From Promethearchaeota archaeon (lineage in GTDB: Archaea > Asgardarchaeota > Lokiarchaeia > Sigyniarchaeales > SOKP01), in contig JAGXOA010000008.1 of NCBI GenBank assembly GCA_019894715.1, forward strand, positions 6,710 to 70,709: 64,000 nucleotides of DNA, read 5' to 3'. Under the pieces are notes generated by a model. That model worked only from the letters and a program-made list of their open reading frames with translations, made no database searches and was not told the origin of the DNA. The position numbers and the translations under genes are program-made. Below are positions 55,993 through 64,000 of this stretch, one piece after another (position 1 is the stretch's first letter; every line of letters starts with the position of its first letter).

Positions 55993-57231
55993 ATGAAACA
56001 GATTTCTGATAAAATTTATAAGAAATTTACTACAATAGATGATTTTATAGAAAAATATCATTATATTTCATTAGCAAATATTAGAAATGGGATATCACTT
56101 GATTTTAGTTTAGGTCTTGGAAACAGATCTTGTAAAATAATTCCAATACTACAATTAGCAACTCCAAAACACGCAAATATAATTAGTAATTTATTTAAAG
56201 ATGTTTATAATGGCTCATACCCATATAAGCAAATGGAGGATAAAAAACAAATAGAAAATATGATTAAAAGTGAGAATTATTTATGGTTTGTATTTAAAAC
56301 AAAAGAAAATCAATATGTCGGTTGTATAGGAATTGAATTAAATTTTGATATCAAGAAAGGATATATATTTGGATTAGTTATAAAAAAACAATTTCAAGGT
56401 ATACTTGATACTTTTACAATATGGTTGTTATTTATCTATTATATTTGGTTTTCTTATAAAAATATCATACTTATTTGGACAAGTGAGATAAGGACATTTA
56501 TTAAAAAAATCCAATTTGCTACATCTTTAATTGGATTAATACCAATTGCTTTTCTACCAAATAAGGATATATTCAATAATAAAGTGGAATCTGAATTCTT
56601 AAATATTATTTATGATAAAAAGGTTTTCAATAGATATCGAAGCAAGAGAACAATAAATATTATTAAAGAAGTAGTTTTTTATTTTGAATATTCAAAAAAG
56701 AAATACAACTTAGAATCTCCAAAAATAGAAAATCCAAAATTAAATTTAGATAAAAAGAAGATTTTAAAATTAAAAGATAAAATAACATTAAACCAATTCA
56801 TTGGTGATTATGAGATTAAAAAAATAAGAATTTCACTTATAGACAATGAGTCTTATTTTGAATTCAAATATAATTTAATAAGCAATACTATTGAAAAATT
56901 GGATTATTATGTTACTGGATTAGAACTTTTGATTTTATTGCTTAGAAAATTAAAAATGTTTATCAAAAATAATAATATTCGTTATGCTGAATGTTTTGTT
57001 TCTGCATATAATTCTATATATCAAAAAATCTTCCTCAAAGCGGGATTTGAACCAAAAGGTTACATTCCATGCTTTCTTTATAATAAAAAAAAAGATAATT
57101 TTGAAGATACTATATTATTTATTTACAATAGAGATCCAATTGACCCGTATTTAGAAAAGAGTCTAATCTATGAAACAAAAAAATTATATAAAATATCTCA
57201 AAAATGCAGTATTATTGAAATTTTAAAATAA
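55993..57231 (+). CDS. hypothetical protein with GNAT-like acetyltransferase segments
   Basis: VGCIGIELNF..GYIFGLVIKKQFQG and the C-terminal AECFVSAYNSIYQKIFLKAGFEPKG are weak GNAT-like patterns. Confidence 0.4.
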   Translation: MKQISDKIYKKFTTIDDFIEKYHYISLANIRNGISLDFSLGLGNRSCKIIPILQLATPKHANIISNLFKDVYNGSYPYKQMEDKKQIENMIKSENYLWFVFKTKENQYVGCIGIELNFDIKKGYIFGLVIKKQFQGILDTFTIWLLFIYYIWFSYKNIILIWTSEIRTFIKKIQFATSLIGLIPIAFLPNKDIFNNKVESEFLNIIYDKKVFNRYRSKRTINIIKEVVFYFEYSKKKYNLESPKIENPKLNLDKKKILKLKDKITLNQFIGDYEIKKIRISLIDNESYFEFKYNLISNTIEKLDYYVTGLELLILLLRKLKMFIKNNNIRYAECFVSAYNSIYQKIFLKAGFEPKGYIPCFLYNKKKDNFEDTILFIYNRDPIDPYLEKSLIYETKKLYKISQKCSIIEILK

Positions 57232-57284
57232 AAGATTTTTTAAATTACTTAAAAAATTAATAAGGATATTTAAAAGAAGAATAT

Positions 57285-58334
57285 TCAAATCTTATATTCA
57301 AACACAAAATATCTTCGTCTTTTTAATGCATTTAAATATTTTTTACAAAAATTAATCATTTTTTTATTATTATATTCAATGGACATCATACCATTGAGAA
57401 TTTTAAATTTATCATATTTCAATAGGTGATTCATAATTTTAAAGGACATAAATATTGCTAATCCTTTTCCTTGGTAACTTTTTTTAATGATAAACTGTTC
57501 AAAACTAATTATATCTTTAGTGATAGGATCTGTTACTGAATATCCACATCCTATAATATCATTTGAAGATTTATGTTTTATAATCCAAATATTACATGAT
57601 TCAATATTATCTATTAAATAATTATAAATTAATTGTGCATTTTTTTGAGGATTTGGAGTTATTTGAGTAAAATTAGGCATATTTGACAAATGAAGTAGTA
57701 ATATTTTTTCTCTATATAGAGATAATTCATTTTCTCTTAAATTTAGAAATTTATATTCTCTAAAATCATAATCTAAACAATTTAAATCTATTTTTATAAG
57801 GCGAAAAAAGTATGTATCCAATCTATGTTTTGGATAAAATCTATTATCCATAAATTTCTTGTAATAGTTTAAAGAATTTATAGGCCTACCAATATATGAT
57901 TTCGTATCTTCTGATTTTGCTAAAAAACCAAAACCAAAGATAATAGGAGGTATATTTATTGGTCCTTTGATAAATTTAAAATTATTTTTTTTTCCATATT
58001 TTTTTAGATTATTTATTAAAAATTGAATTCTGTTAGGGGTGTGCGTTTCAACCCCAAAAAAACCAAAATATAAATTTTCAAAATCAACATTAAAAATTAT
58101 TGTAATTCCAATGATTTTTTCATTAATTTTAAGTAAAATAGCTTTAATATTGTATTGTTTAAATGCAGCATAAAGATAGTCCCGAAATATAGAAGATTTA
58201 GAATTTTTAAATGTAAAATTTTCTGATATTGGAATACTTGTTCCTAGTTGTATTTTTTCCATGATTCTATCAACATCTTCAATAATCTCTACCTCTATTA
58301 ATGATTCTTCAATACAGCTTTCCAATATGATCAC
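57285..58334 (-). CDS. GNAT-family acetyltransferase-like protein
   Basis: The C-terminal domain has IIGCGYSV..FEQFIIKKSYQGKGLAIFM, a motif-A-like Q-x-x-G-x-G/A. Confidence 0.5.
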   Translation of the reverse strand: MIILESCIEESLIEVEIIEDVDRIMEKIQLGTSIPISENFTFKNSKSSIFRDYLYAAFKQYNIKAILLKINEKIIGITIIFNVDFENLYFGFFGVETHTPNRIQFLINNLKKYGKKNNFKFIKGPINIPPIIFGFGFLAKSEDTKSYIGRPINSLNYYKKFMDNRFYPKHRLDTYFFRLIKIDLNCLDYDFREYKFLNLRENELSLYREKILLLHLSNMPNFTQITPNPQKNAQLIYNYLIDNIESCNIWIIKHKSSNDIIGCGYSVTDPITKDIISFEQFIIKKSYQGKGLAIFMSFKIMNHLLKYDKFKILNGMMSIEYNNKKMINFCKKYLNALKRRRYFVFEYKI

Positions 58335-58520
58335 TTTGGTTTTTATTTAGATGTATTAAACTCAAATTTATATCAACTATGTATAATTATTCCTAATTTA
58401 TTTAATGAAAAATTAGACAATATAAAGAATATTTTCTGATAATATTTTAGTTTTTTTTTTAATAATAAAATATTACTAATAACCTATTGATAAAGTAGGC
58501 AAATTTTTCTCTAATAATAA

Positions 58521-58714
58521 AAGAAATTCCCTTCTTTTAGGGATGGGATGAATTTAAAAAAAAGAAATATTGTAAAAATCCTTAATTGATATCACAACCA
58601 ATTCTTAAATAGAGAAAAACATTAATTAGGGTAGAGAAATATCCTGTAGTGTCTAAGATTCTCATTAAGGTTTAGAAACTTAAAATACACTTCCTTTAGG
58701 TAGTGGTAGTTCAA
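58521..58714 (-). repeat. Family-B hairpin-ended repeat, copy B-58
   Basis: The reverse complement starts TTGAACTACCACTACCTAAAGGAAGTG..AACCTTAATGAGAATCTTAGACACTACAGG and ends CATCCCATCCCTAAAAGAAGGGAATTTCTT. It is colinear with both ends of B-46. Confidence 0.75.
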
Positions 58715-58748
58715 CAAGGAATTAAGATGGTTCTATGAAGAGCTTAAT

Positions 58749-58934
58749 ATGATATTTGGGAATAGTCAAAATAAATATTGTAAGAAAGATTATATGTTAG
58801 CTAATAGAATTCTAAATATTATGTCTGAGACATTAAGAAAGTCAGAATTTGATGATTTTCTCTTTCTCCTTACAGATACGATTAGTAAAATTGAAAATAA
58901 ATATCCTAATCTATTTAAAGAGGCTATTATATGA
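58749..58934 (+). CDS. hypothetical 61-aa protein
   Basis: ORF only. No support beyond length. Confidence 0.25.
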   Translation: MIFGNSQNKYCKKDYMLANRILNIMSETLRKSEFDDFLFLLTDTISKIENKYPNLFKEAII

Positions 58935-59031
58935 TTGAAATAATTATCTAAATAAATTATTATTGGTCTACAATTTATTTTTTATATAGAAATAACTCGT
59001 TTATATAAAGAATGGAAAAAAATGATATATA

Positions 59032-59265
59032 TTGAATTCGGTAAATAATGATAATGAAGATTTTGAAAAGCTAAAGGTTATAAAAACATATTTTTCAAAA
59101 TATTTTAGTGTACTTTCTGAAGAAATGAGAGAGAAACTACTTAAATTAAAAATTACTAAGGAAGACCTAAAATGTATTCTAAAAAGGATAGCTTTTTTGC
59201 CTGAAGATAAACAAAAAATGTTTATTGAAGAATTATCTATGGATAATGAAGAAAATGATATTTGA
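59032..59265 (+). CDS. hypothetical 77-aa acidic protein
   Basis: ORF with TTG start. No motif. Confidence 0.3.
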   Translation: MNSVNNDNEDFEKLKVIKTYFSKYFSVLSEEMREKLLKLKITKEDLKCILKRIAFLPEDKQKMFIEELSMDNEENDI

Positions 59266-59295
59266 AGTATTATATATATATGTAGAAAAATAAAT

Positions 59296-60246
59296 TTAAA
59301 TTCTTCTTTTAATATCTTTAGCTCGGCTTCTTAATGTTACTTCTGTACATTTGGCAATTTCTGCAATTTCAGCTTGAGTTTTACGCTCATTTGTTTCTTT
59401 AGCAGCCATGTAGATTACAGATGCCGCCATACCTTTTGGATCTTTTCCTGTTCTTATAAGCCCATTTTTAGTTGCAGTTATTAACATATCTACAGCTCTT
59501 TTTTGAGTTTTCATAGTTAAACCTAAATCATTTCCAAATCTATAAACAAGTTGTACTGCTGTTATTGGTTGATATTTAAGTTTCAAAATAGGTAAAATTT
59601 CTTTTACAATCATTCCAAGTGAACGTATTACTGTTCTCCTTGAGGTCATTGAAGCATCACTTACCTCTTCAAGTAGCCTAGGAAATTCATGAACTCTTAT
59701 AGCCGCATACAAGGATGCTGCGATAAATCCATCAATAGATCTACCCATTGTTAGTTTTCTCTTTGCAACTTCAGAATAGATTTTCCATGCTGTATCTCTA
59801 ATATATTCTGGTATGTTCATTTTAGAGCATAACATTTTTAATTTTGGTTTTGCCTCCCAAAAGTTCCTTTCAATACTTGATATTAATGATTGCTGAATTT
59901 TGGATAATCTTAAAAATAAGGTTTTTCCTTTTGCTCCTAATGCTTTTCCTTTTGAATCTGTTTTAGTATTAGCTATTGTCGTTCTTGGACCAAATTCTCT
60001 CCAACGAGGTTCAGTCCTCTTTCTTTTTTCAATTTCTTCAATAGTATATGCCCTTCTTTCATTTCCTACGAGATCGCGTCCCAATACCATCCCACAATTT
60101 ATACAGACAGAATCTCCATCTCTTATTTCAATTAAGGGATTATTACAACATTTTTGAGTGGCAATTTCTTCTTCCATCTTTACTTTTTTTTCGCGTAACT
60201 TTTCTCTGTAATTAGAACTCATTTCATTCATGATAAAAACCTTCAT
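59296..60246 (-). CDS. tfb: transcription initiation factor IIB (TFB)
   Basis: N-terminal Zn ribbon CCNNPLIEIRDGDSVCINCGMV, B-reader/linker and two cyclin-like repeats (..GRSIDGFIAASLYAAIR.., ..GKDPKGMAASVIYMAAK..). The start may be Met6 (MNEMSS). Confidence 0.9.
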   Translation of the reverse strand: MKVFIMNEMSSNYREKLREKKVKMEEEIATQKCCNNPLIEIRDGDSVCINCGMVLGRDLVGNERRAYTIEEIEKRKRTEPRWREFGPRTTIANTKTDSKGKALGAKGKTLFLRLSKIQQSLISSIERNFWEAKPKLKMLCSKMNIPEYIRDTAWKIYSEVAKRKLTMGRSIDGFIAASLYAAIRVHEFPRLLEEVSDASMTSRRTVIRSLGMIVKEILPILKLKYQPITAVQLVYRFGNDLGLTMKTQKRAVDMLITATKNGLIRTGKDPKGMAASVIYMAAKETNERKTQAEIAEIAKCTEVTLRSRAKDIKRRI

Positions 60247-60457
60247 TTGCTAACAATAGGATATTGTCGAATTAACAATAAAAAATTAGGAAATCAAAAA
60301 ATCTTTTATTTTTTTCCCACTAAATTCCCACTAGGATGTAAAATTATTTAGTATGATTATATATGTTCTTAGGTATTTATATCTATCTTTAAAAATTTTG
60401 TGAATTTATGGCAACTAGTTTCATGCTAAACATAAATAGATAAAGATAATAGAAGGA

Positions 60458-61813
60458 TTATTTAAGGCCAATTGTTTTAAAATTTAATTTTTTATTAAAA
60501 TCAATATAATCGTAGATTTTTCTTCCATCTATAACATTAGGAGTTTTCATGTGTTTTATAAAGAATTCAGGAGATAAATTTTTAAATTCTTCCCATTCAG
60601 TTAAAATAAACACACATTCAGAATCTTTTAATGCATCTTTAGTAGAGTTAACATAAACTATAGAATCTTTTAAATATTCCTTTGCCTCATTTATTGCCTT
60701 GGGATCATATCCTACTATATTTCCAACATTTCTTTTTATTAATTCCTTTATAACCCTAATACTTGGAGCCTCTCGCATATCACTTGTTCCAGCTTTAAAT
60801 GAAAGACCTAAAATTGTTATTTTCTTTTTAGTCAAGTCTTTAAGTAATTTTTCAGCAATATTAACGATGTGAATTGCTTGATCATCATTAATTTCTAAAA
60901 CAGCTTTTAAAATTTTTGAGTCATAATTATTTTGACTTGCCCAATTTTTTATCGCATTAACATCTTTACTAAAGCAACTTCCCCCAAATCCGGCACCAGC
61001 CCCTAAGAACCTTGAGTTTATTCGATAATCTAACCCGATTCCCTCCATAACTTGTTTTATATCTACATTAGGTATTAATTCAGCAAAATTAGCAAACTCA
61101 TTAGCAAAACTTACTTTTGTAGCTAAAAAGCAATTATTTGCATATTTTACTAGTTCTGCACTTTCTAATGATATTCTATGAATAGGACATTCATTCTGAG
61201 AAAAGTATTCTTTATAAAAAAGTTGATATGTATTTTCTAATGTATCTCCGCTTTTCTTATCATATTCGCCTATTATTATTCTATCAGGATAAAAAGTATT
61301 TTCTACTGATTTTCCTTCAGCGAGAAATTCGGGTTGCATGCATAATCCAAAATCTTTACCTATACTTTTCCCACTATTTTCGACTAAATTTACTCCAATT
61401 AGATTTCTTGATGTTCCAGGCAGAATTGTACTTCTATCTACTATCAGATGATAAGACTCTTTATCTTTTAAGGCTTTTCCTAATTGTTTTGATACATTAT
61501 CAATGTAACTTAAATCTATGCTTTTATCTTCTTTCATAGGTGTACCAACAGATATAAATGTTATATCTGTATTTTGAACTGCTTCATAATTGTCAGCTGT
61601 AACTCTTAAATTTTTTAATTCATGAGCTTTCTTTAATATTTCATCAAGACCATTTTCATAAAATGGGGACTGCCCAGAATTGATTAAATTAGCTTCTTTT
61701 TTATTAATAGTTGTTGCAATAACATTAAACCCTCTACTAGCAAAAGCAGCAGCACTTACTAATCCAACAAAGCCACATCCAGCTATTGATATCCTTGGTT
61801 TATCCATAATCAT
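60458..61813 (-). CDS. nucleotide-sugar (UDP-glucose/GDP-mannose) 6-dehydrogenase
   Basis: Rossmann ISIAGCGFVGLVSAAAFA and the catalytic Cys motif GAGFGGSCFSKD. Confidence 0.85.
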   Translation of the reverse strand: MIMDKPRISIAGCGFVGLVSAAAFASRGFNVIATTINKKEANLINSGQSPFYENGLDEILKKAHELKNLRVTADNYEAVQNTDITFISVGTPMKEDKSIDLSYIDNVSKQLGKALKDKESYHLIVDRSTILPGTSRNLIGVNLVENSGKSIGKDFGLCMQPEFLAEGKSVENTFYPDRIIIGEYDKKSGDTLENTYQLFYKEYFSQNECPIHRISLESAELVKYANNCFLATKVSFANEFANFAELIPNVDIKQVMEGIGLDYRINSRFLGAGAGFGGSCFSKDVNAIKNWASQNNYDSKILKAVLEINDDQAIHIVNIAEKLLKDLTKKKITILGLSFKAGTSDMREAPSIRVIKELIKRNVGNIVGYDPKAINEAKEYLKDSIVYVNSTKDALKDSECVFILTEWEEFKNLSPEFFIKHMKTPNVIDGRKIYDYIDFNKKLNFKTIGLK

Positions 61814-62064
61814 ATGAATATATTCTAAAAATAAAATCTTTTGAAAATATAATTAGAAATTTTAATTATATCTTTAATCAAAAAAGATCATTTTTTATCT
61901 TACAAATTTATGGTTTGATAATATAATCTTAAAAATCTATTATTTTATTAGTTAAAATTTCGTTTTTATTAATGTCTGATAACCTTAACTTTGATATTAT
62001 GGATTTCTCTTTATTTTAATAGAATAATAAAATATATTTTATATTAAATTCGGATTAACATTAT

Positions 62065-62625
62065 ATGAATGTAAAAGAAGCTATAGAAAAAAGAAGAGCA
62101 TATCGATCATTAGAACCAATACAGATTTCAGAGGATATTATAACCTCCTTTAAGGAATTAGTTCAGCTTGCTCCATCTTGTATGAATAATCAACCATGGA
62201 AATTTGTGTTTATTCAAGATAAGTCTATACTGAACCAAATTTTTACTACATTATCTCCAGGAAATAAATGGGTAGAAAATGCCTCTTTGATGATAGGTGT
62301 TTTAAGCAAACCTGAAGATGATTGTATTATAGGGAAGAGATATTATTATTTATTTGATACAGGAATTGCCACTGCCTACATTATCTTAAGAGCAACAGAA
62401 TTAGGGCTAGTAGCACATCCTATAGCAGGATTTAATGAAGAAAAAGCAAAAAACATACTCAAAGCACCTAAAGATATGAGATTAATAACGCTTATTAATA
62501 TTGGAAAAAAATCTATTAATATAAATCCTATTCTTTCCGAATCAATGAAGATGGGAGAAAATAAAAGACCTCCGAGAAAGTCACTAGATGAGATTTCTTT
62601 TAGAAATCAATATGGAAAGAATTAA
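62065..62625 (+). CDS. nitroreductase-family protein
   Basis: Motifs KRRAYRSL, APSCMNNQPWKFV and GLVAHPIAGF. Confidence 0.8.
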   Translation: MNVKEAIEKRRAYRSLEPIQISEDIITSFKELVQLAPSCMNNQPWKFVFIQDKSILNQIFTTLSPGNKWVENASLMIGVLSKPEDDCIIGKRYYYLFDTGIATAYIILRATELGLVAHPIAGFNEEKAKNILKAPKDMRLITLINIGKKSININPILSESMKMGENKRPPRKSLDEISFRNQYGKN

Positions 62626-62628
62626 AAA

Positions 62629-62680
62629 TTGAACTACCAACACCTAAAGGTAGTGGCCTTCTCGCATATAAATGGTAAAA
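62629..62680 (+). repeat. Family-B minimal copy B-62 (the two ends only)
   Basis: TTGAACTACCAACACCTAAAGGTAGTGG is joined directly to CCTTCTCGCATATAAATGGTAAAAAAA. This equals the first ~28 nt and last ~27 nt of B-48 with the ~140-nt interior missing. Confidence 0.7.
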
Positions 62681-62685
62681 AAATT

Positions 62686-64000
62686 ATGTCAAGTAAAAAA
62701 TATAATAATCTTATTAGTGAGAAAAGCCCATACTTGCTCCAACATTCAGAAAATCCTGTTAATTGGTATCCATGGGGGGACAAAGCATTTTCTAAAGCTA
62801 AAAAAGAGAATAAGCCAATCTTTCTTTCAATAGGGTATTCTACATGTCACTGGTGTCATGTTATGGCTCATGAATGTTTTGAAGATCAAGAAATGGCTAA
62901 ATTAATTAATGAAAACTTTATTTCTATAAAAGTTGATAGAGAAGAAAGACCAGATATAGATAAAATCTACATGTTAGTTTGTCAAATGTTAACTGGCTCT
63001 GGAGGATGGCCTTTAACAATAATAATGACTCCTGAAAAAAAACCATTTTTTGCAGGAACTTACTTTCCTAAGTACTCTAAATATGGACATATCGGTTTAA
63101 TGGATTTAATTCCACGAATAAATATGATCTGGCAACATCAAAAAGAAGATATCAACTTATCAATAGAGAAAATAACTAAAGCGCTTCAAAAAAATCTTAA
63201 AGAGATTCCTTCTGAAAAATTAACAAAAAATGTACTTAATACTGCATATAATCATCTTAAAAGTATTTTTGACAATGATAATGGTGGATTTGGGATAGCA
63301 CCAAAATTTCCTAGCCCTCATAATATCATATTTCTTTTACGATATTGGAATAGGACAGGAAAAAAAGAAGCATTAGATATGGTTAAAAAATCACTTGATA
63401 AGATGAAAATGGGGGGGATTTACGATCATATTGGATTTGGGTTTCATAGGTATTCAACAGATCAATATTGGCATGTTCCTCATTTCGAAAAAATGCTTTA
63501 TGATCAAGCATTAATGGCTTTAGCATATTTAGAGACATATCAAGCGACTAAGGATGAAGAATATGCTAAGATAGCAAGGGAGATATTCACATATATAGAG
63601 AGAGATATGATTTCTATAAATGGTGGATTTTTTTCTGCTGAAGATGCTGATAGCGAAGGTATTGAAGGAAAATATTATTTATGGACCAAAGAAGAAATTG
63701 ATAAAAATTTCAATAATGAAGAGATAAGGTTAATATCTGAAATATTTAATGTTAAATATGAAGGAAATTATTTAGATGAGGTATCAAGTAAGAAAAATAA
63801 GAAAAATATACTTTTCCAAAAATTTTCTATTTCAAAATTAACAAGTAAACTAAATATAGATTTAAAAGAATTTAAAACGAAATTAGAAGAAATTAGAATT
63901 AAATTATTCATGATTCGAAATAAAAGGATAAAACCATTTAGGGATGATAAAATTCTTACAGATTGGAATGGATTAGTAATAGTAGCCTTAGCGAGAGGAG
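62686..64000 (+). CDS. thioredoxin-domain protein of the DUF255/YyaL (SPATA20-like) family, 3'-partial
   Basis: ATG 62686. [33 protein letters not shown] and [11 protein letters not shown]. The frame is open to the window end. It is absent from the track because it has no stop. Confidence 0.8.
   Translation, partial: MSSKKYNNLISEKSPYLLQHSENPVNWYPWGDKAFSKAKKENKPIFLSIGYSTCHWCHVMAHECFEDQEMAKLINENFISIKVDREERPDIDKIYMLVCQMLTGSGGWPLTIIMTPEKKPFFAGTYFPKYSKYGHIGLMDLIPRINMIWQHQKEDINLSIEKITKALQKNLKEIPSEKLTKNVLNTAYNHLKSIFDNDNGGFGIAPKFPSPHNIIFLLRYWNRTGKKEALDMVKKSLDKMKMGGIYDHIGFGFHRYSTDQYWHVPHFEKMLYDQALMALAYLETYQATKDEEYAKIAREIFTYIERDMISINGGFFSAEDADSEGIEGKYYLWTKEEIDKNFNNEEIRLISEIFNVKYEGNYLDEVSSKKNKKNILFQKFSISKLTSKLNIDLKEFKTKLEEIRIKLFMIRNKRIKPFRDDKILTDWNGLVIVALARG

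Noticed and set aside
62665-62675. CATATAAATGG box at the 3' end of Family-B copies (also 48865-48875) as the promoter TATA box of the DUF255 gene
   Set aside because: The box ends only ~11 nt before the ATG at 62686. Archaeal TATA boxes sit about 25 nt upstream of the transcription start, so the predicted start would fall inside the ORF. Promoter function is not supported by spacing, although it is not excluded for another start.
1-64000. CRISPR arrays, tRNA or rRNA genes
   Set aside because: I looked through all intergenic regions for regularly spaced direct repeats and for GC-rich ~75-nt cloverleaf-like islands and found none. The only repeated intergenic sequences are Families A and B, which are dispersed, not arrayed.

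Overview
This is a very AT-rich archaeal chromosomal segment, judged by eye at roughly a quarter to 30% G+C. All calls rest on by-eye motif reading and alignment; no database search, folding or statistics were run. The gene content is clearly archaeal: TFB, a fused ADP-forming acetyl-CoA synthetase, a Vhu/Mvh-type [NiFe(Se)] hydrogenase with HdrC/HdrB-like genes, a CooC/HypC/HypD/HypE/HypF maturation set, a stand-alone FwdA, hisF-hisH and purF. Two Roadblock/LC7 genes, a eukaryote-like vWA plus Zn-module protein, a giant multi-PAS histidine kinase and large secreted proteins suggest an Asgard (Lokiarchaeia-like) genome, but this is inference only. No rRNA, tRNA or CRISPR array was recognised.

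Points worth a second look beyond the ORF track:
- **Selenoprotein mini-gene (33886-34035).** A 49-codon gene, missed by the track, carries the detached C-terminal Ni-binding motif of the hydrogenase large subunit. It has an in-frame UGA at the first ligand cysteine position (VhuU-like) and a candidate SECIS hairpin downstream.
- **Family A (3684-4125 and 26721-27177).** Two roughly 90%-similar copies of a ~450-bp element contain no track ORF. Each ends in the same 13-bp hairpin plus T-tract and keeps a 45-codon micro-ORF intact. It could be a new ncRNA or a micro-protein locus.
- **Family B (six copies, 57 to ~590 bp).** Each copy starts with TTGAACTACC plus a CC-TAAA-GG hairpin and ends with a second hairpin plus TTTCTT. 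The interiors vary, and no terminal inverted repeats were seen. This fits a hairpin-ended non-autonomous element.
- **Unusual gene cluster (4125-8556).** It holds an AAA+ ATPase with an unknown 208-aa partner, a divergent RtcB-like protein, and a TFIIH-p44/Ssl1-like vWA protein with Zn modules.
- **IS607-type remnant (40326-41400).** It is visibly GC-richer than its surroundings, carries a truncated tnpB, and abuts the hypF stop codon.
- **Smaller items.** The hydrogenase small subunit has a duplicated Cys-cluster module, the mobA-like gene lacks a canonical start, and one of two membrane-protein paralogues has a degraded 5' end.
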